Numbered from the stretch's first letter, positions 10,702 through 23,608 are shown. The stretch is 64,000 bases of DNA from Callorhinchus milii (GCF_018977255.1 NW_024704742.1:126172001-126236000), one strand, 5' to 3'. Notes: a model not told the origin generated them from the sequence alone. Numbers and translations are program-made.

Positions 10702-13039
10702 TGAAGTAGTAGTCCAAGATGGCTTTATTGGTGATGGTGATTTTATTTTATGTTATAAAAGCACAACATACTGTACATGGAAAGGGAGTCAAGATATTCA
10801 ACCTTAAGATATTCAGCCACAAATGTCCATGGATTGAAATTTGATTTAAAAAAATGTTGACCTTTTAAAACTTTCTCCAACTATGACGTTGAATACAAAT
10901 TGTTTCGCACTTGAGAAATTATCTTTAATGTCATTCAGTGTGTACCGTCAGCATTGCTAAGTGGAAATAAAAGTTGTTAGAGATGAAAATGCACAACAGG
11001 GGATTCGGCAGAAAGAGATTGATGGGTTGATGTTTTATCAAGAGCTTTCTGGTCACACCTGATACAGAATCCTGCCTCCCCATCTCATAGATTACATTTT
11101 CTGTTTTAATTTCCTATATCCAGCATTCATGTTTGTTCTTTTATCAAGCAGATTGCAACGTGTTTTGTGATGAAATTCAATATAATAAAACCCAATTTTA
11201 CATTTATATATCACCTTTCACTTCGAGAGGACATCCCAAAGCATTGACGCTGGCTGGGCACCTGAGCTGAGGATGGGTGCTGAGGGGGGAAGATGATGGA
11301 AAGCCCGATCAAAGAGATACGTCTTGAGATGGACCTTCAATTCATCCTATTTACAAAGTTTTAATGCATACAAATCCAGGGACAGATATTATATAACTCA
11401 GTTCCTCTGCGTATTGCAGAACCTAGAGGCAATGCTATATAGGTTACTTGTGACAGTCTTAATAAATGTTCTTGCAGAAAGAGCTGTGTGGACTAAAGTC
11501 GGATAATTGTGTCACATTGGACCATTGGGTTTTAAAATTCAATTGATTTGATGTAAGAGTGGACAAGACTGTCAGGTTGTATATTGGTCAAATTAACCTG
11601 ATCTCCTTTAATAAGGTATGATTCCATGCATGCCTCTAATCGCTAGACCTTGTATCAGTGGAGTCTCTATAGACAAAGTGTATATTTCCTGTCCTGTCTC
11701 ATGTTCCTTGTTGTAATTAAACTTTCTAATACAGAGCTAATGATTTCAAACCATTTCGTCCTGCAGCCTTGGAGTACGAAAAATTGTAGCATTGAACATG
11801 AAGGGGAGAGGCCCTGCCGTGATGGTCTCTAATAGGATAGATGTACAACAACAACTTGCATTTATATAGCACCCTTCATGCGGGATAGCATCCCGGAGCG
11901 CTTAAAAGCAGTAGAGTATCACACCTATCCCAGTTGATTGAATTGGGAGTAAGAATAGAAATCACCCTTCATACTACAACCCTGTGTTAACTCCCATAAA
12001 AACAATCCAAAATTATGAATCGAAAGGGTAAGAACGTCAGAGCTATCAAAGCACTTGGTCGTAGGTCAAAATAAGAAATCATAGCAATTACATTGCAACA
12101 CTAAAATAAATGTACTTTCAATATGTTATTTATCTGCAATAGTTACTAAACTTGAAGGAAGCTGGTATCCAGTTAAATGTTTTGAGGCATTGGTGTGCAG
12201 ATGAGCAGAGCAGACAAATGTAACAACTCTCTTTCCCGCTCAATTTTAATTTCCACAAAAACTAATCTTGCAGATAAAAAAGACCCCAGGAATTCTACAT
12301 AAATCAATATTCTTGAAATAGTTTATCTTCATAAAGTAAAGGAAGCTAGTAAATTGAGAATGCTTCATTCACTGATTTACAAGTATAATCCATGTTTTAC
12401 AGACTTTATAATAAGGATGCAGCCTCAGCTTATTTTTGCTGATTTTGCCCCCCCGAATAATTGACCTTTTAATCCCAGATGTGTTATTCAACAGATTTCC
12501 ATCCTGACAAGATCAGAAGACAAAATCACAAGATTGGTTTGGATGAAGAAAGCTCTTTGGCTCATCCAATCTCATCACTCCAGAACATACACCCCATTGC
12601 TCCCTATCACAGCATCAAGTTGTTTTTTGCCATCTTTCATGTCAACTTATTCCAGGTATTGATTTTCTAGCCTGATTCAATCTACTTTTAATCCAAATCA
12701 AATTCCCACATCTCATCCAACATCCATCTCTTGGACATCTCCAGTTTAGGAACATGAAAGGGAGAGAGATCATTTTACAAGGGTAACATTTTACAGGGGT
12801 AGAAATTCCATAACATGACCATAGGTGTCATGAAGGGTCTGGACAACCCTGTTGTAAATTTGGTTACGCCGAAACAGTAATGGCGACGTTTCTGAGTGTT
12901 TGCTTCTAGAAGTTTAAAGTTTTCAAGTTTGAGGCTCTGACTCCGTTTCATCAAGAACAACCAGGTGTTAAGTTTCACCTGGACATGCTAGTTTCAAAGG
13001 GTTATGTCACTGTTTGTGGAGGATAGAGCTAGGGATGTC

Positions 13040-13420
13040 AGCGAATAGAGCATTGCAAATGTGTCAAAAGTGTGGTTGAGGGTCTCAGCATTGGGCCTGA
13101 GGTAGGGAGGCAGTAGTGATTTTGTAGAAATGGAAGAAAGCGGACTTGATCAGATCCTGGGTAAAATGTATGAAGGAGAGCTGAGGGTTGAACAAAACCT
13201 GAAGGTTCTGCACAGGCTCTATGATTTGGACGGAACAATACCAGTGCCAGAGAAGAAGAGATGCTGATGGACATGAGCAGAATGCCTTTAGTTTTGTCGA
13301 CCTTGAGTTGGAGAAAGGTAAAGCTTATTCAGGACTTGATGTCTGACAAGCAATCTATCAGAGCTGGGGTGGGGCTGGAGTAAGGATAGAGGCAGAATGG
13401 TGGATCTGCCTGTCATCTCT
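13040..13420 (-). mobile_element. Old L2 RT-region fragment
   Basis: TTGAGTTGGAGAAAG..CAGGACTTGATGTCTGACAAGCA matches the L2 'CLSDIKSW..FLQLN' region at 16900-16945. Confidence 0.6.
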
Positions 13421-13439
13421 GCATGGCTGACTCTGGCCT

Positions 13440-13690
13440 CCTGCTTGGCCCTTGCCCCCTCCGCTCCATCATCAGCAGCTGAACTTTCAGGTAACTATGC
13501 ACCAAAACTTTTGAATTGTCTCCACCAATCCCTCCTCCTTGCCCCCTCCTTCCCCTCATTTAAATAACGACTAACGACCTTCTTCTTTGACTGTGCTCAT
13601 GGTCACCTCCTATCTTCCCCCAGCTAGGTGCCAGGCTCCACCACCGTTAAGCGCTCCGAGATGCTGCCCCACTTGAAGGGTGATTATACC
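13440..13690 (+). mobile_element. Old L2 3' end
   Basis: CCTTCTTCTTTGACTGTGC..GGTCACCTCC..GTTAAGCGCTCCGAGATG..GAAGGGTG; homologous to 20595-20897 and 26265-26560. Confidence 0.6.
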
Positions 13691-14099
13691 AGTCTTTACT
13701 TATTGACTGGTTTGATTGCAATTTTTGGCAATGTGTCACATTTTTCATCTTTCACATTTCATTTTATTTAACAATCACTCATCATTTCAAGTAGCACTAA
13801 CCATGCCACACTGATAGGTTTCTGCTTACTTGTCCCTCTCAGACCATCCATCCAACCGTTGAAGGCTTTGATTCCTCACTTGGCAGAAAATACTTTTTTT
13901 GCAGTGATCAATAAGACTGAGAGTAGGACATAGACAAATGAATAATCTATGTACCAGTGAGATTAGGTAGCTCTGTGATTTATAGCCAGTTAGATAACCA
14001 AATTTACTTTTGACTTCGGTTGTCATTTGGATTTGAATCCAATGATCAATTAGCAGTCTACACTAATAAAACGACAATGTGTGTGTGTGTATTAGATAA

Positions 14100-14783
14100 G
14101 ATCATTCTGAAGTCACTCCATTTAGTTGCGTTCAACTATGATCCAAGCAGAGATTAAGAATCAGATGACACGCATCATATTAGGAATATGTCGAACCTAT
14201 GTGCCCACTGTGGAGCTATGAAATCGGCAAAAGAAGCAACCATGTGTTGCTCGCTTGGCAAGGTGAAACCAGATCAACTCACAGAGCCACCTAAACCCCT
14301 GAAAAGTCTGCTGGATGACACATCAACGGATTCTAAGCATTTGCTAGCGAACCTTAGGAAATACAATTTGTGCTTCCAGATGACCTCTTTTGGCACAACT
14401 AGAGAAATTAAAGACCCAGGCTATATACCAACATTTAAAGTGTAAGGCCAAGTGTATCACTTATCAGGATCTCTAAACGCTTTGCCTAATGAGTCGCCAA
14501 AATTCTTAAAGATCTACTTCATGTCGAACCAAGAAGAACAAGCAATGCAGTGTGGAACCAATGTTCTGGGCTTGAACAAAGCCCTCATACTGGATCTGCA
14601 AGACATGCTTCACAACAGTAACACATACATCAGGAGCTTCAGATCCACAATGGAAAGAATGCCTGCAGAAGAATGTAGAATAATCATCCATTCAGACAAG
14701 ACACCTGCTGGCCAGCATGAACAAGGGTAAAATGCACCGACTGATGAAGTAGCCATCCTGATTGTGGGTGAAGAACATGGTAA
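14100..14783 (+). pseudogene. Helitron Rep/helicase relic, segment 1 (N-terminal Cys cluster region)
   Basis: AFNYDP..CAHCGAMK..MCCSLGKV..RKYNLCFQMTSFG..PTFKV*GQVYHLSGSL..PKFLKIYF..LQDML..*NAPTDEVAILIVG are characteristic Helitron N-terminal motifs; in-frame stops. Confidence 0.9.
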
Positions 14784-15949
14784 TATTTTTATAAATGATC
14801 TGGAACTAGAATTGCAAGCACAGTGGCTAAGTTTGCAGATGATACCAAGCTAATGACGGTGGTAGATTGCACAGCTAAACAATACAGGTTACAGGAGGAT
14901 TTGAATACACTTAGGAATTGGGCAGATCGGTGGCAAAAGAAATTCAATGTGGAGAAATGTAAAGTACTTCACATGAGGACAGAAAATCCTGTAAGGGACT
15001 ATTATTTGAACGGAAGGGAAATAATATGTATGGCAAATGAAAAGGACCTGGCGAGGTTCTGATTGACAATACAGTGAAGCTCTCCCAACAATGCGCTGTG
15101 GCAATGCGTAAAGCAAACCAGATGTTGGGATAATAATAATAATAATCCTTGCATTTGATATAGCGCTTTTCACATCCGGAGGACGTCCCAAAGAGTTTCA
15201 CAGAACACACTGTAAAGTGAATTGACTGTATATTTGTGGAAGAACGCAGCAGCCAATTGCGCACAGCAATGTCCCACAAACAGTCGTAGATTGAAAATGA
15301 CCAATTTTATTATTGTTTTTGGTTTTGGAGGGATTATTATCAGGCGTGTGGAGTAAGGAAAGGGATGTATCAGAAGATCAAGAGCAAGCCAAAATAGTGG
15401 GGTAATCCTGCCATTCTATAAATCAACGGTGAGACCATACTTTCCAGAGTACAAGAAGGATATTGGAGAAATCAAGAAGATACAGAGGAGAGCGAACCAA
15501 ATGATTGAGGGAATGGAAAGACTGGACTATGAATAGCGGCTAAGTAAATTGGGCATGTTCACGCTGGAAAAGAGAAGATTGAGAGGCAACATGATTGCTG
15601 GCTTTAAGATTCTAAAGGGGCAAGACAATATAGATCATGACAGGCTGCTCCAACTTGTCCAGAATAGTAAAACCAGAGAACACAGCCTATGATTGAAGGG
15701 GGGTAAATTCAGAATGAATCTACACAAACACTATCTCAGTGAGCGAATAGTGAACTTGTGAAACAGGCTCCCTAGAGAGACGATTGAAGCAGGAAGTGTT
15801 GATTCTTTCAAACACATATAGTTTTCTTTTAGGAGATAACATTTTGGGGTAGTACATAGGTGGTTTGAGACATATGTGCATGCGACTGCCAGGAAGGTGG
15901 AAGGCGAGCTAGATGGACCTTGGTCTTTTTTGGTCTAGCATTTCTTATG
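14784..15949 (+). mobile_element. CR1 LINE 3' portion inserted in the Helitron
   Basis: IFINDL..KFADDTKL..LQEDL..WQKKFNVEKCKVLH, LEKRRLRG, 3' UTR hairpin and TTCTTATG end; contains a SINE at 15130-15361. Confidence 0.9.
15130..15361 (-). mobile_element. Young short SINE, 5'-truncated (no tRNA head), inside CR1
   Basis: Matches the body and tail of 969-1210; flanked by a GGGAT duplication whose removal restores the CR1 sequence ATGTTGGGATGTATC. Confidence 0.9.
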
Positions 15950-15952
15950 TAA

Positions 15953-16159
15953 GGCGGGACATTGTGTTGCAGCAACATAACAGCAAACTCAATCTCAAAT
16001 GAGTCTGTGTGAATAATACAATGCCCTCCAGTACCCAATCTAATTCCCATGTGATGAAGATGGCTACCATTTCCTGATATGGCAAACAAAATCCCAGCAC
16101 TGGATAGTCAAGGCCCGAAAAAAAGGTCTCTGCTATGGCTCTTTACGCACACAGGTTGA
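15953..16159 (+). pseudogene. Helitron relic, segment 2
   Basis: RDIVLQ..YNALQYPI*FPCDEDGYHF..KKVSAMALYAHRL continues segment 1, with frameshifts. Confidence 0.8.
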
Positions 16160-17357
16160 AAGCACAGTCAAAGAGGAAGATCTTGAAGGAGGCAAGGGAG
16201 GGGGCTAGGCGGAGTGACTGCGGGATGGAGTTCCAGAGGGTGGGGGCAGAGTGGCAGAAGGCCTGTCTGTCAATAGTGGACGCCTTGGGACGTCCTCCCG
16301 ACGTGAAAGGCACTCTATAAATGGAATCTTGTTGTTGTTGTTGAGTAGGCCAGAGCCCGCTGAGTGGAGGGAGTGAGCAGGATGGTAGAGGGTTAGGAGT
16401 TTGCAGAGGTAGGGGGTAGCAAGACCATGGAAGGCTTTGAAGTTGAGGACCAGGATCTTGAACTGTATCCTCTGTGTGTTGGGAAACCAGTCTAGTCGGG
16501 AGAGGATGGTGTTATAGGGTCACGGAGCCTCGTGCGGCAGAGGACATGGGCTGTAGAGTTCTGGATGATCTGCAGCCTGTGGAGGGAAGAGTTGGGGATG
16601 CCAACAAGCAAAGAGTTTGCATAGTCAAGCCTCGATGAAAGCACGTATGAGTGTTTTGTCAGCCTGAGGTGTGAGACAGTGACGGAGCCGGGTGATGTTG
16701 CGGAGGTGGGGGAAGGCAGAGCTGGTCATGGCACAGATGTGGGGTAGAAAGGATAGTTGAGGGTCAAACAAGACCCCAAGGTTCCAGACTGACTTAGAAA
16801 GGTGGAGTGTGCATGTTTGGATGGTGATGCTGTCAGTGTCTGAGGTGTGGAGGCACTGACAGGAGCCAATCAGGAGGGCCTCGATCTTGTTGACATTTAA
16901 CTGAAGAAAGTTAGCTTTCATCCAGGACTTGATGTCTGACAGACATTCTGCCAGGACAGCAGTGGTCCTGGAATCAACAGTGGAGGTAGAGAGATAGGGT
17001 TGGGTGTCATTCGCATACATGCTGAAAGTTGACCCCATGTCTGTGGATAGTGTTACCAAGAGGGAGCATACAGATATTGTAGAGGAGGGGACCAAGGACA
17101 GAGCTCTGAGAAACACCACATGAGACGCTGCGGGAGCTTTCGGAGAAACTGTTTGTGGAGATGAAGTGGAAATGGTGTGAGAGGTAGGATCTGAACCATT
17201 TAAGGTCAGAATCATGAAGGTTGAAGTGAGAGGAGAGGCGATGGATGAGGATAGAGTGGTCAACCATATCGAAGGCAGCAGAGAGGTCAAGGTGAATGAG
17301 GAGTCAGAGGGAGCCCTGGTCGTAGATAGACAGAATGTCATTTGTCACTTTGACCAG
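16160..17357 (-). mobile_element. L2 LINE RT/C-terminal fragment lacking its 3' tail
   Basis: [42 protein letters not shown]; carries a + strand tail-only insertion at ~16281-16343. Confidence 0.9.
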
Positions 17358-18316
17358 CAACTCTACTTACTGGTGGCAAAACAGCCCATTCTGCCTTCAA
17401 GCTGCCACTGAACATTTCTCATACAGAGGATCCAGTGTGCAATATCAAGAAGGGTAGAGCTGCAGCCACATTGATCAAGGACTGTAAAACCATTGTGTGT
17501 GATGAATGCACCATGTCACACAAGTATGCCTTTGAGGCTGTGGACAGGACACTTCAGGACAACAGGGAAAACACCCAGACGATGGGAGGGATGGCACTTA
17601 TTATGTTGGGAGACTTCTGCTAGACACTACCTGTCATACAACGTGGTACCCGTGCTGATGAACTGAATGCCAGTCTTAAGGCTTCCGGGATATGGGCATG
17701 TGTGGAGGAGATGAGCCTCAGGACAAACATTAGAGTACATTTTCATGCAATTCTGCAGTTGGGGCATATCCTGATCTCCTTCTGGAAATTGGGATCGCCA
17801 AATTGAGATGCCCAAAGGTTATGCGATTATTGTATAAGATATAGCAGAGCTCAAAAACAAAGTTTTCCCGAACCTCAGCCATATCTACACAAATCATGAG
17901 TGGTTGTGTCAATGAGCAATCCTTGCTCCAAAAAATGAGTCTGCCAGCGAGCACAATTACCAGCTACTTAATGACATCCCTGGCCAAGAAACTGTGTACA
18001 AGTGCATAGATACTGTTCCTGACATCAAAAATGCTGTCAACTACCCAACTGAGTTTTTAAACTCTTTGGAACCATCCGGTATGCCTCCACACAAACTCAT
18101 ACTAAAGCTTGGATGCTCATGCTGCTGATGAATCTAGATGCACCAATGCTATGCAATGGCACAAGGTTGGTGGTAATGCAGTTGATGCCACATGTTATAG
18201 AAGCAATTATTCTGACTGGTCAGTTCAATGAGGAAGATGTATTCGCATCCCACTGCTCTCAAGTGACTGCCTGTTTGAGTTCAAAATGTTCCAATTCCCT
18301 GTTCGAGTGTTCTTTG
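17357..18316 (+). pseudogene. Helitron relic, segment 3: PIF1-like SF1 helicase
   Basis: ATLLTGGKTAHSAFKLP, IVCDECTM, AVDRTLQD, GDFC*TLPVI, AILAPKN, YPTEFLNSL, GMPPHKLILK, LCNGTRL, QFPVR are Helitron/PIF1 helicase motifs; stops and frameshifts. Confidence 0.92.
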
Positions 18317-18324
18317 TCTTATTG

Positions 18325-18468
18325 CAAAAGGGATTAAGGGATATGGGGATAAGGCAGGGTTAGGTTATTAGCTGGAGTTAGATTAGAAGATCAGCCATGA
18401 TTGAATGGCGGGGCAGGCTCGAAGGGCCGAATGGCCTACTCCTGCTCCTATATGTTATGTTATGTTAT
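18325..18468 (+). mobile_element. CR1 3' end
   Basis: GGGATTAAGGGATATGGGGATAAGGC..GATCAGCCATGATTGAATGGCGGGGCAGGCTCG..(TATGT)n, near-identical to 34930-35062. Confidence 0.9.
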
Positions 18469-18967
18469 AAGATCTTCTATTGTTCATGAGCTATGACCCT
18501 TTGATAGGATCTCCTATCATTGAAGAGCTACGATCTAAACAAGCTCATCGCACTCGTATTCCAGTTTTGCTGAAGGTGTACACACAGTGTTTATGGCATG
18601 TTAAATGGCTTGTGAGTGGCATCCCTGAAATTTACATTCCATATTGGATCCTTTAGTTGCAAACGTAGCTGCAATATGTACAGCTAGTATACTATAAAGG
18701 AAGATATTCTGAGGCTTGGCACAATAGTGAATGCATGTTGTGGGAGCACTAATTGATCTTGACTTGAATTGCTTTGCACCAAGCATTCAGCCAAGCAATT
18801 CAGGCATTAATTGCCCCTTCACACGGGGCAGCATCTCGGAGTGCTGCAGTACTCAGAGTAGTATCCCAGAGCACACTCTGGGGTCATCAGCCTATTCTTA
18901 AACTCTCAGGGATAGGTAAGCAGGGTGTGTCCGGCCCACAGGAGAGAGTTTCATCCATACAAAACAA

Positions 18968-19339
18968 ATAATAATAGTAATAATAATACTCCATGCATTT
19001 GATATAGTGCCTTATCACATCTTCAAGACATCTGAAAGAGCTTCACAGAATATATTGTAAAGTGAATTAACTATATTTTGTGGGCGAAACGTGATGGTCA
19101 ATTACATACAGCAGTATCCCACAAACAGTCATAGATTGAGTGACCAATTTTTTTTTGAGGAATTATTACCCACAGAAAAGCAATCAACAAATTGACATAA
19201 CAACTGGGTTCCTATTTACTGCTAAGTAAACAGAGATGTGTAGAGTAAGAAAACTTGCCCAACATTTCGCCCTGCCGGGAATAAACCCTGCCAGGTCTCT
19301 CGCTTGCAAGGCGAGTGCTCTAACCACTGATCTACAGGA
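18968..19339 (-). mobile_element. Long-subfamily tRNA-Ala-headed SINE
   Basis: Head, long-form insert (GGGTTCCTATTTACTGCTAAGTAAACAGAG on +), body and (ATT)n tail. Confidence 0.9.
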
Positions 19340-19554
19340 TAGATGTTGAACCTTCGGGCTGTTATGGATACTCAGACGAGCATGGCAGTAGTTTCCACAT
19401 GTATCACACACCCACTTGATTGAACTCAAAAAGAACCTGGGTTTATACTTAGCAATTATTTCTGAGAGCATGCCTAAGGAACTCGCAATTGTGTGTTCAC
19501 AACCTAATCTGCCAAACGTTTTCCAAGAAATGGATGCATGGATAGAAAATGTAA

Positions 19555-19690
19555 TTTGAAAGACTTCAATCAGGTCTCCCCTCAATCTTCTCTTTTTCAA
19601 AGAAAATAGGCCCCGTTCAGCTCCTCTCTGCTCATAGATCAAATCATTCATCCTTGATATCATACTGGAAAACCTCAGAGCTTCACTTTG
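19555..19690 (-). mobile_element. CR1 ORF2 fragment
   Basis: Minus frame GLFSLKKRRLRGDLIEVFQI. Confidence 0.7.
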
Positions 19691-20594
19691 TTTCTGTGAA
19701 ATGCTGTGGGTCACCTTATAATGATTCAAAATATTTTATTGGGTTTCTATAGACCTAGAATAAACTTTGAATAAATGAAGATGACCATTTTCTATTTCTG
19801 ATATCAGGCAGTAGCAGGACCACATATATAGCCTCCTGACTCATGTAATTCCTTGTTTCAACTTCTAATTCATTATAGTTTAAACCAGCTCACATCAATT
19901 GTGCAAGAGGAAGCTCTTAATCTAAATGGCATTGTAAAATATATCAGGTGGGAATGTGTTGGGCAGAATATAAAACTTCACTATGGGAGGATTTTTAACA
20001 AGATAGAATGATTTGCTGGATTTATGTCTTGTATAACACATACAATTGGATAAATGGTGCAAGATTTCACTTAAATGACAGAGATGAGATCAGCAATATA
20101 AAAACACTATTTTCACTTTGCCAAAGTGTATAGGGCTCAATCTTCATTGCAAACTCAATAATAATGAACAGAAATCTAAATTCTTCCCTTTGATATTTCC
20201 CTGTACACCTCCATGAAAATTGATGATATGAGCAGAGCAGATGAATTGGGCTATTTTCATTGGAACGGAGAAGGTTGAGGGGGAGTCTTGATTAAAAAAT
20301 ATTTTTTCTACTAACCTGGATCGTTTTGGCATTTAAAATTCAGAGAAAATTGGCCCAATTCCAAAGGAACAGATGTGGACAATAATTCCATTCAATAAAG
20401 GCTTTTATTTTTAACCCTCCAACTGTTGACAGATCTACAGAAAATCCTTGTTTTTTGGCATGATTGGACTTGAACGGTTTCCAGCACCCACCTTATGATG
20501 TGGAAAAAATGTGATGTTACAGTAATAAAGCTATTCATATCTCAGGAAAGTTTTATGAAATTCACAATTCGAAATCTGGTTTCTTTCCTGACAT

Positions 20595-20897
20595 GGCTAC
20601 ACCCCATTCCTCAACCTACTTCCTTCACTCAGCTGGCACCAACCTTTTATACATCCTTCAGTCCCTCTACTCCATCATCGGTGGCCATGCTTTCATCGAC
20701 AACACCCCGAAACTTTGGAACTTTCGGCCTCAATTGCTCCACATTACACCTTCCTTGATCATCTTCAAATTTCATCTAAAGACCTTCCTCTTTGATCGTG
20801 ACTAAGTCACCTCCCATATCTCCCCAGCTCAGCATCAAACTCCGCTACTTTTAAGTGCTCTGAGACATTACCCGTATGAAGGGCGCTAATGTTGTTG
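20595..20897 (+). mobile_element. Old L2 3' end
   Basis: IGGHAF..PKLWN..FKFHLKTFLFD followed by an L2 tail. Confidence 0.75.
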
Positions 20898-21202
20898 TGG
20901 TGGTTTTGCTGCCTAACCAGTAAAACATTAATTCTTGACAGGGGAAGAGCACAATTGTATCCCTTCCAGCAGATCGATCCTGGGAAAATAAATATTAGAC
21001 ATAAAAAAAACTTGGGAGGTCATTCTACAAACTACAATTTACAAAACAAAAAGTGCTTCCTCGAAAATAAAAAATGGCAGACATTGGAACCTGAAAAGGA
21101 ATAAACCACTCACTTAGAGAGGTGAGCTGCCATCTAGTGACCAATAGTTAACAGGATGATAATTAAGGGACCCCAGCCCGCAAATTCCGTCCCATGATAA
21201 TA

Positions 21203-21513
21203 GGAAGTCCTGTTGCTCAGTGATTAGAGTATTTGATTTGCAAGCGAGAGACCTGGGTTCGATCCCCGGCAGGGTGAAATTTTGGGCAAGTTTCCTTACT
21301 CCACATGCCTGATAATAATCCCTCAAAAAAAAACCAATAATAAATTAGTCATTTCAATCCATGACTGTTTGTGAGACACTGCTGTGCGCAAATGGCTGCC
21401 GCATTTCACCCACAAATATTCGGTCAATTCACTTTACAATCTATTCTGTGAAACGCTTTGAGACGTCTAGAAGACATGAAAAGCGCTAAATCAAATGCAA
21501 GGATTATTATTAT
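21203..21513 (+). mobile_element. Short-subfamily SINE, intermediate age
   Basis: Head with B-box GTTCGATCCC, short-form junction, (ATT)n tail. Confidence 0.9.
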
Positions 21514-21867
21514 AACAAGAAAGTATGGGATTCTTGGTATGATTCTCTTTAACAATAGGTTTAAGAACATTTGACCCCAATGTGAAGTTTGACAAGTTTT
21601 CAACTTTGTTTTGTGTAATTTTTACGCAGTTGAAAGCATGATTTACCATAAATGACACCATTGGAAACATCTGGCCAAACACATTGCTCACAATGTTTAC
21701 AGTTGTGTCATTTATGACACAGGACAGAACGCAAAGTGAGCAGAGTTAAACAGTACATGTGAGGAACTGATGCTAAAGGCCTGGGATTGTCCTACACAGG
21801 AGAAACCCCTCTTCCTTTGCTGATGATACTGTTGGTTCATGTGGTATATTTCCGTGGGTGCTGAGAA

Positions 21868-22814
21868 ACAACAGCAACAACAAAATTACATTTATATAGT
21901 GTCTTCCACGTCGGGAGAACGTCCCAGGGCGCTGGACAGACAGAGTTACGGACCTGAGCTGAGGGTCGCAGGGGGGAGGGAGGGGGGCAGGGGGGGAAGC
22001 AGGGAAACCGAAAGCACGGTCGAAGAGGTGGATCTTGAAGGTGGCGAGGGTGGGGGCGAGACGGAGAGACCGTAGGATGGAGTTCCAGAGAGTGGGTGGA
22101 GAGTGGAGGAAGGCCCGCCCACCGATAGTGGGGCGAGCAAGGCGGGGAACATGAAGCAGGCCAGAGCCCGCTGAGCGGAGGGAGCGGTAGGAGATTAGGA
22201 GGTTGGAGAGATAGGAGGGAGCAAGACCATGGAGGGCTTTGAAGGTAAGGACCAGGATCTTGAACTGTATTCTCTGTATAATGGGAAGCCAATGGAGTTG
22301 GGCAAAGAAGGGATGATAGGGTCGCGGAGCCGAGTGTGGGAGAGAACACAGGCTGCAGAGTTCTGGATGATCTGCCGCTTGTGGAGGGAGGAGTTGGGGA
22401 GGCCGACAAGCAGTGAGCTTGCATAGTCGAGCCTCGATGTAATGAAAGCGTGTATGAGGGTTTCAGCGGCCTGCGGTGTGAGACAGTGTCGGAGCCGGGC
22501 GATGTTGCGGAGGTGGGGGAAGGCAGAACGGGTCATGGCGCGAATGTAGGGTAGAAAGGATAGTTGAGGGTCGAACAACACCCCAAGCTTCTGGATTGGC
22601 TTAGTAAGGTGTAGTGTGCAACCATGGATGGTGATACGATCTGCGCCTGAGGTGAGGAGGCGCTGACGGGAGCCAATCAGGAGAACCTCACTCTTGTTGA
22701 TGTTCAACTGAAGAAAGTTAGCTCTCATCCAGAACTTGATGTCTGACAGACATTCAGCAGTGGTCCTACAGTCAAGGGTGGAGGGAGAGAGGTAGAGTTG
22801 GGTGTCATCTGCAT
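21868..22814 (-). mobile_element. L2 LINE, 5'-truncated
   Basis: [34 protein letters not shown]; tail at the left end. Confidence 0.92.
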
Positions 22815-22899
22815 GCCTCTAGTAGCTCTTCCAAGTAATAATTCACCACGTGCGAGTTGTGAACAATGAGAATTTAACAGGTTCAGTCACCACAACCTT

Positions 22900-23075
22900 T
22901 TCCAAGTAAACTAATAGTAGGAACTTAGGCTGATTTCCCGCTCACAAGCCTAGTGACACTATGACTAATTGTAGAATCTCTGTTTTGGCAGTCAGGTTAG
23001 GCAACAGCAGAGATCAATTAACATTAGCACGAAGCTGGGAATTGAATCTGCAGCCATCTGTTCTCTCTGGCTCTT
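22900..23075 (-). mobile_element. Possible third, ancient tRNA-derived SINE fragment
   Basis: GCTGATTTCCC..GATCAATTAAC..GGGAATTGAATCTG resembles 49000-49110 (GCTGGTTTTCCCC..ATCAGCTAAC..GGGAATCGAACC); B-box-like motif on the minus strand. Confidence 0.4.
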
Positions 23076-23396
23076 TCAAGGTTGTCTTTTCCATCTATGA
23101 ATGAGAACCTTCCATAATTTCCACAAAATTTTGGAGCAGACCTGAATTGAGTTTATATTTAGAAGTAGCTAATATTTTATTACTCTGTGAGATTAGCAAA
23201 ATATTTGTGTGGGAACTAATTGGTCCCCAATTTTCCTAAGACAGTGTGATGAATCTAAGAATTATACAGAGCACATCTCCTGCTATCATCATCTTTGTGA
23301 GCTTCTAGAGAATGGATCAAAGTTATTTTCCCTCTAAACTATTCACCTCTAGTAAGTACATAAGAATACAAGATTACATTTGTCTAGCGCCTTTCA

Positions 23397-23600
23397 TAAT
23401 AATAATCCCTCCAAAACAAAACAAAATAATAAATTGGTCATATTCAATCCATGACTGTTTTTGGGACACTGCTGTGCACAATTGGCTGCCGCGTTTCACC
23501 CACAAATATACGGTCAATTCACTTTACAGTATATTCTGTGAAGCCCTTTGAGACATCTAGAAGAAAACCGCTATATCAACTGCAAGGATTATTATTATTG
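23397..23600 (+). mobile_element. SINE, headless 3' part
   Basis: Body and (ATT)n tail of the tRNA-Ala-headed SINE. Confidence 0.88.
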
Positions 23601-23608
23601 TAAGTACA

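Noticed and set aside
17357..18316. Cellular PIF1 helicase gene
   Set aside because: Intronless, contains stops and frameshifts, and is collinear with Helitron-specific N-terminal motifs upstream.
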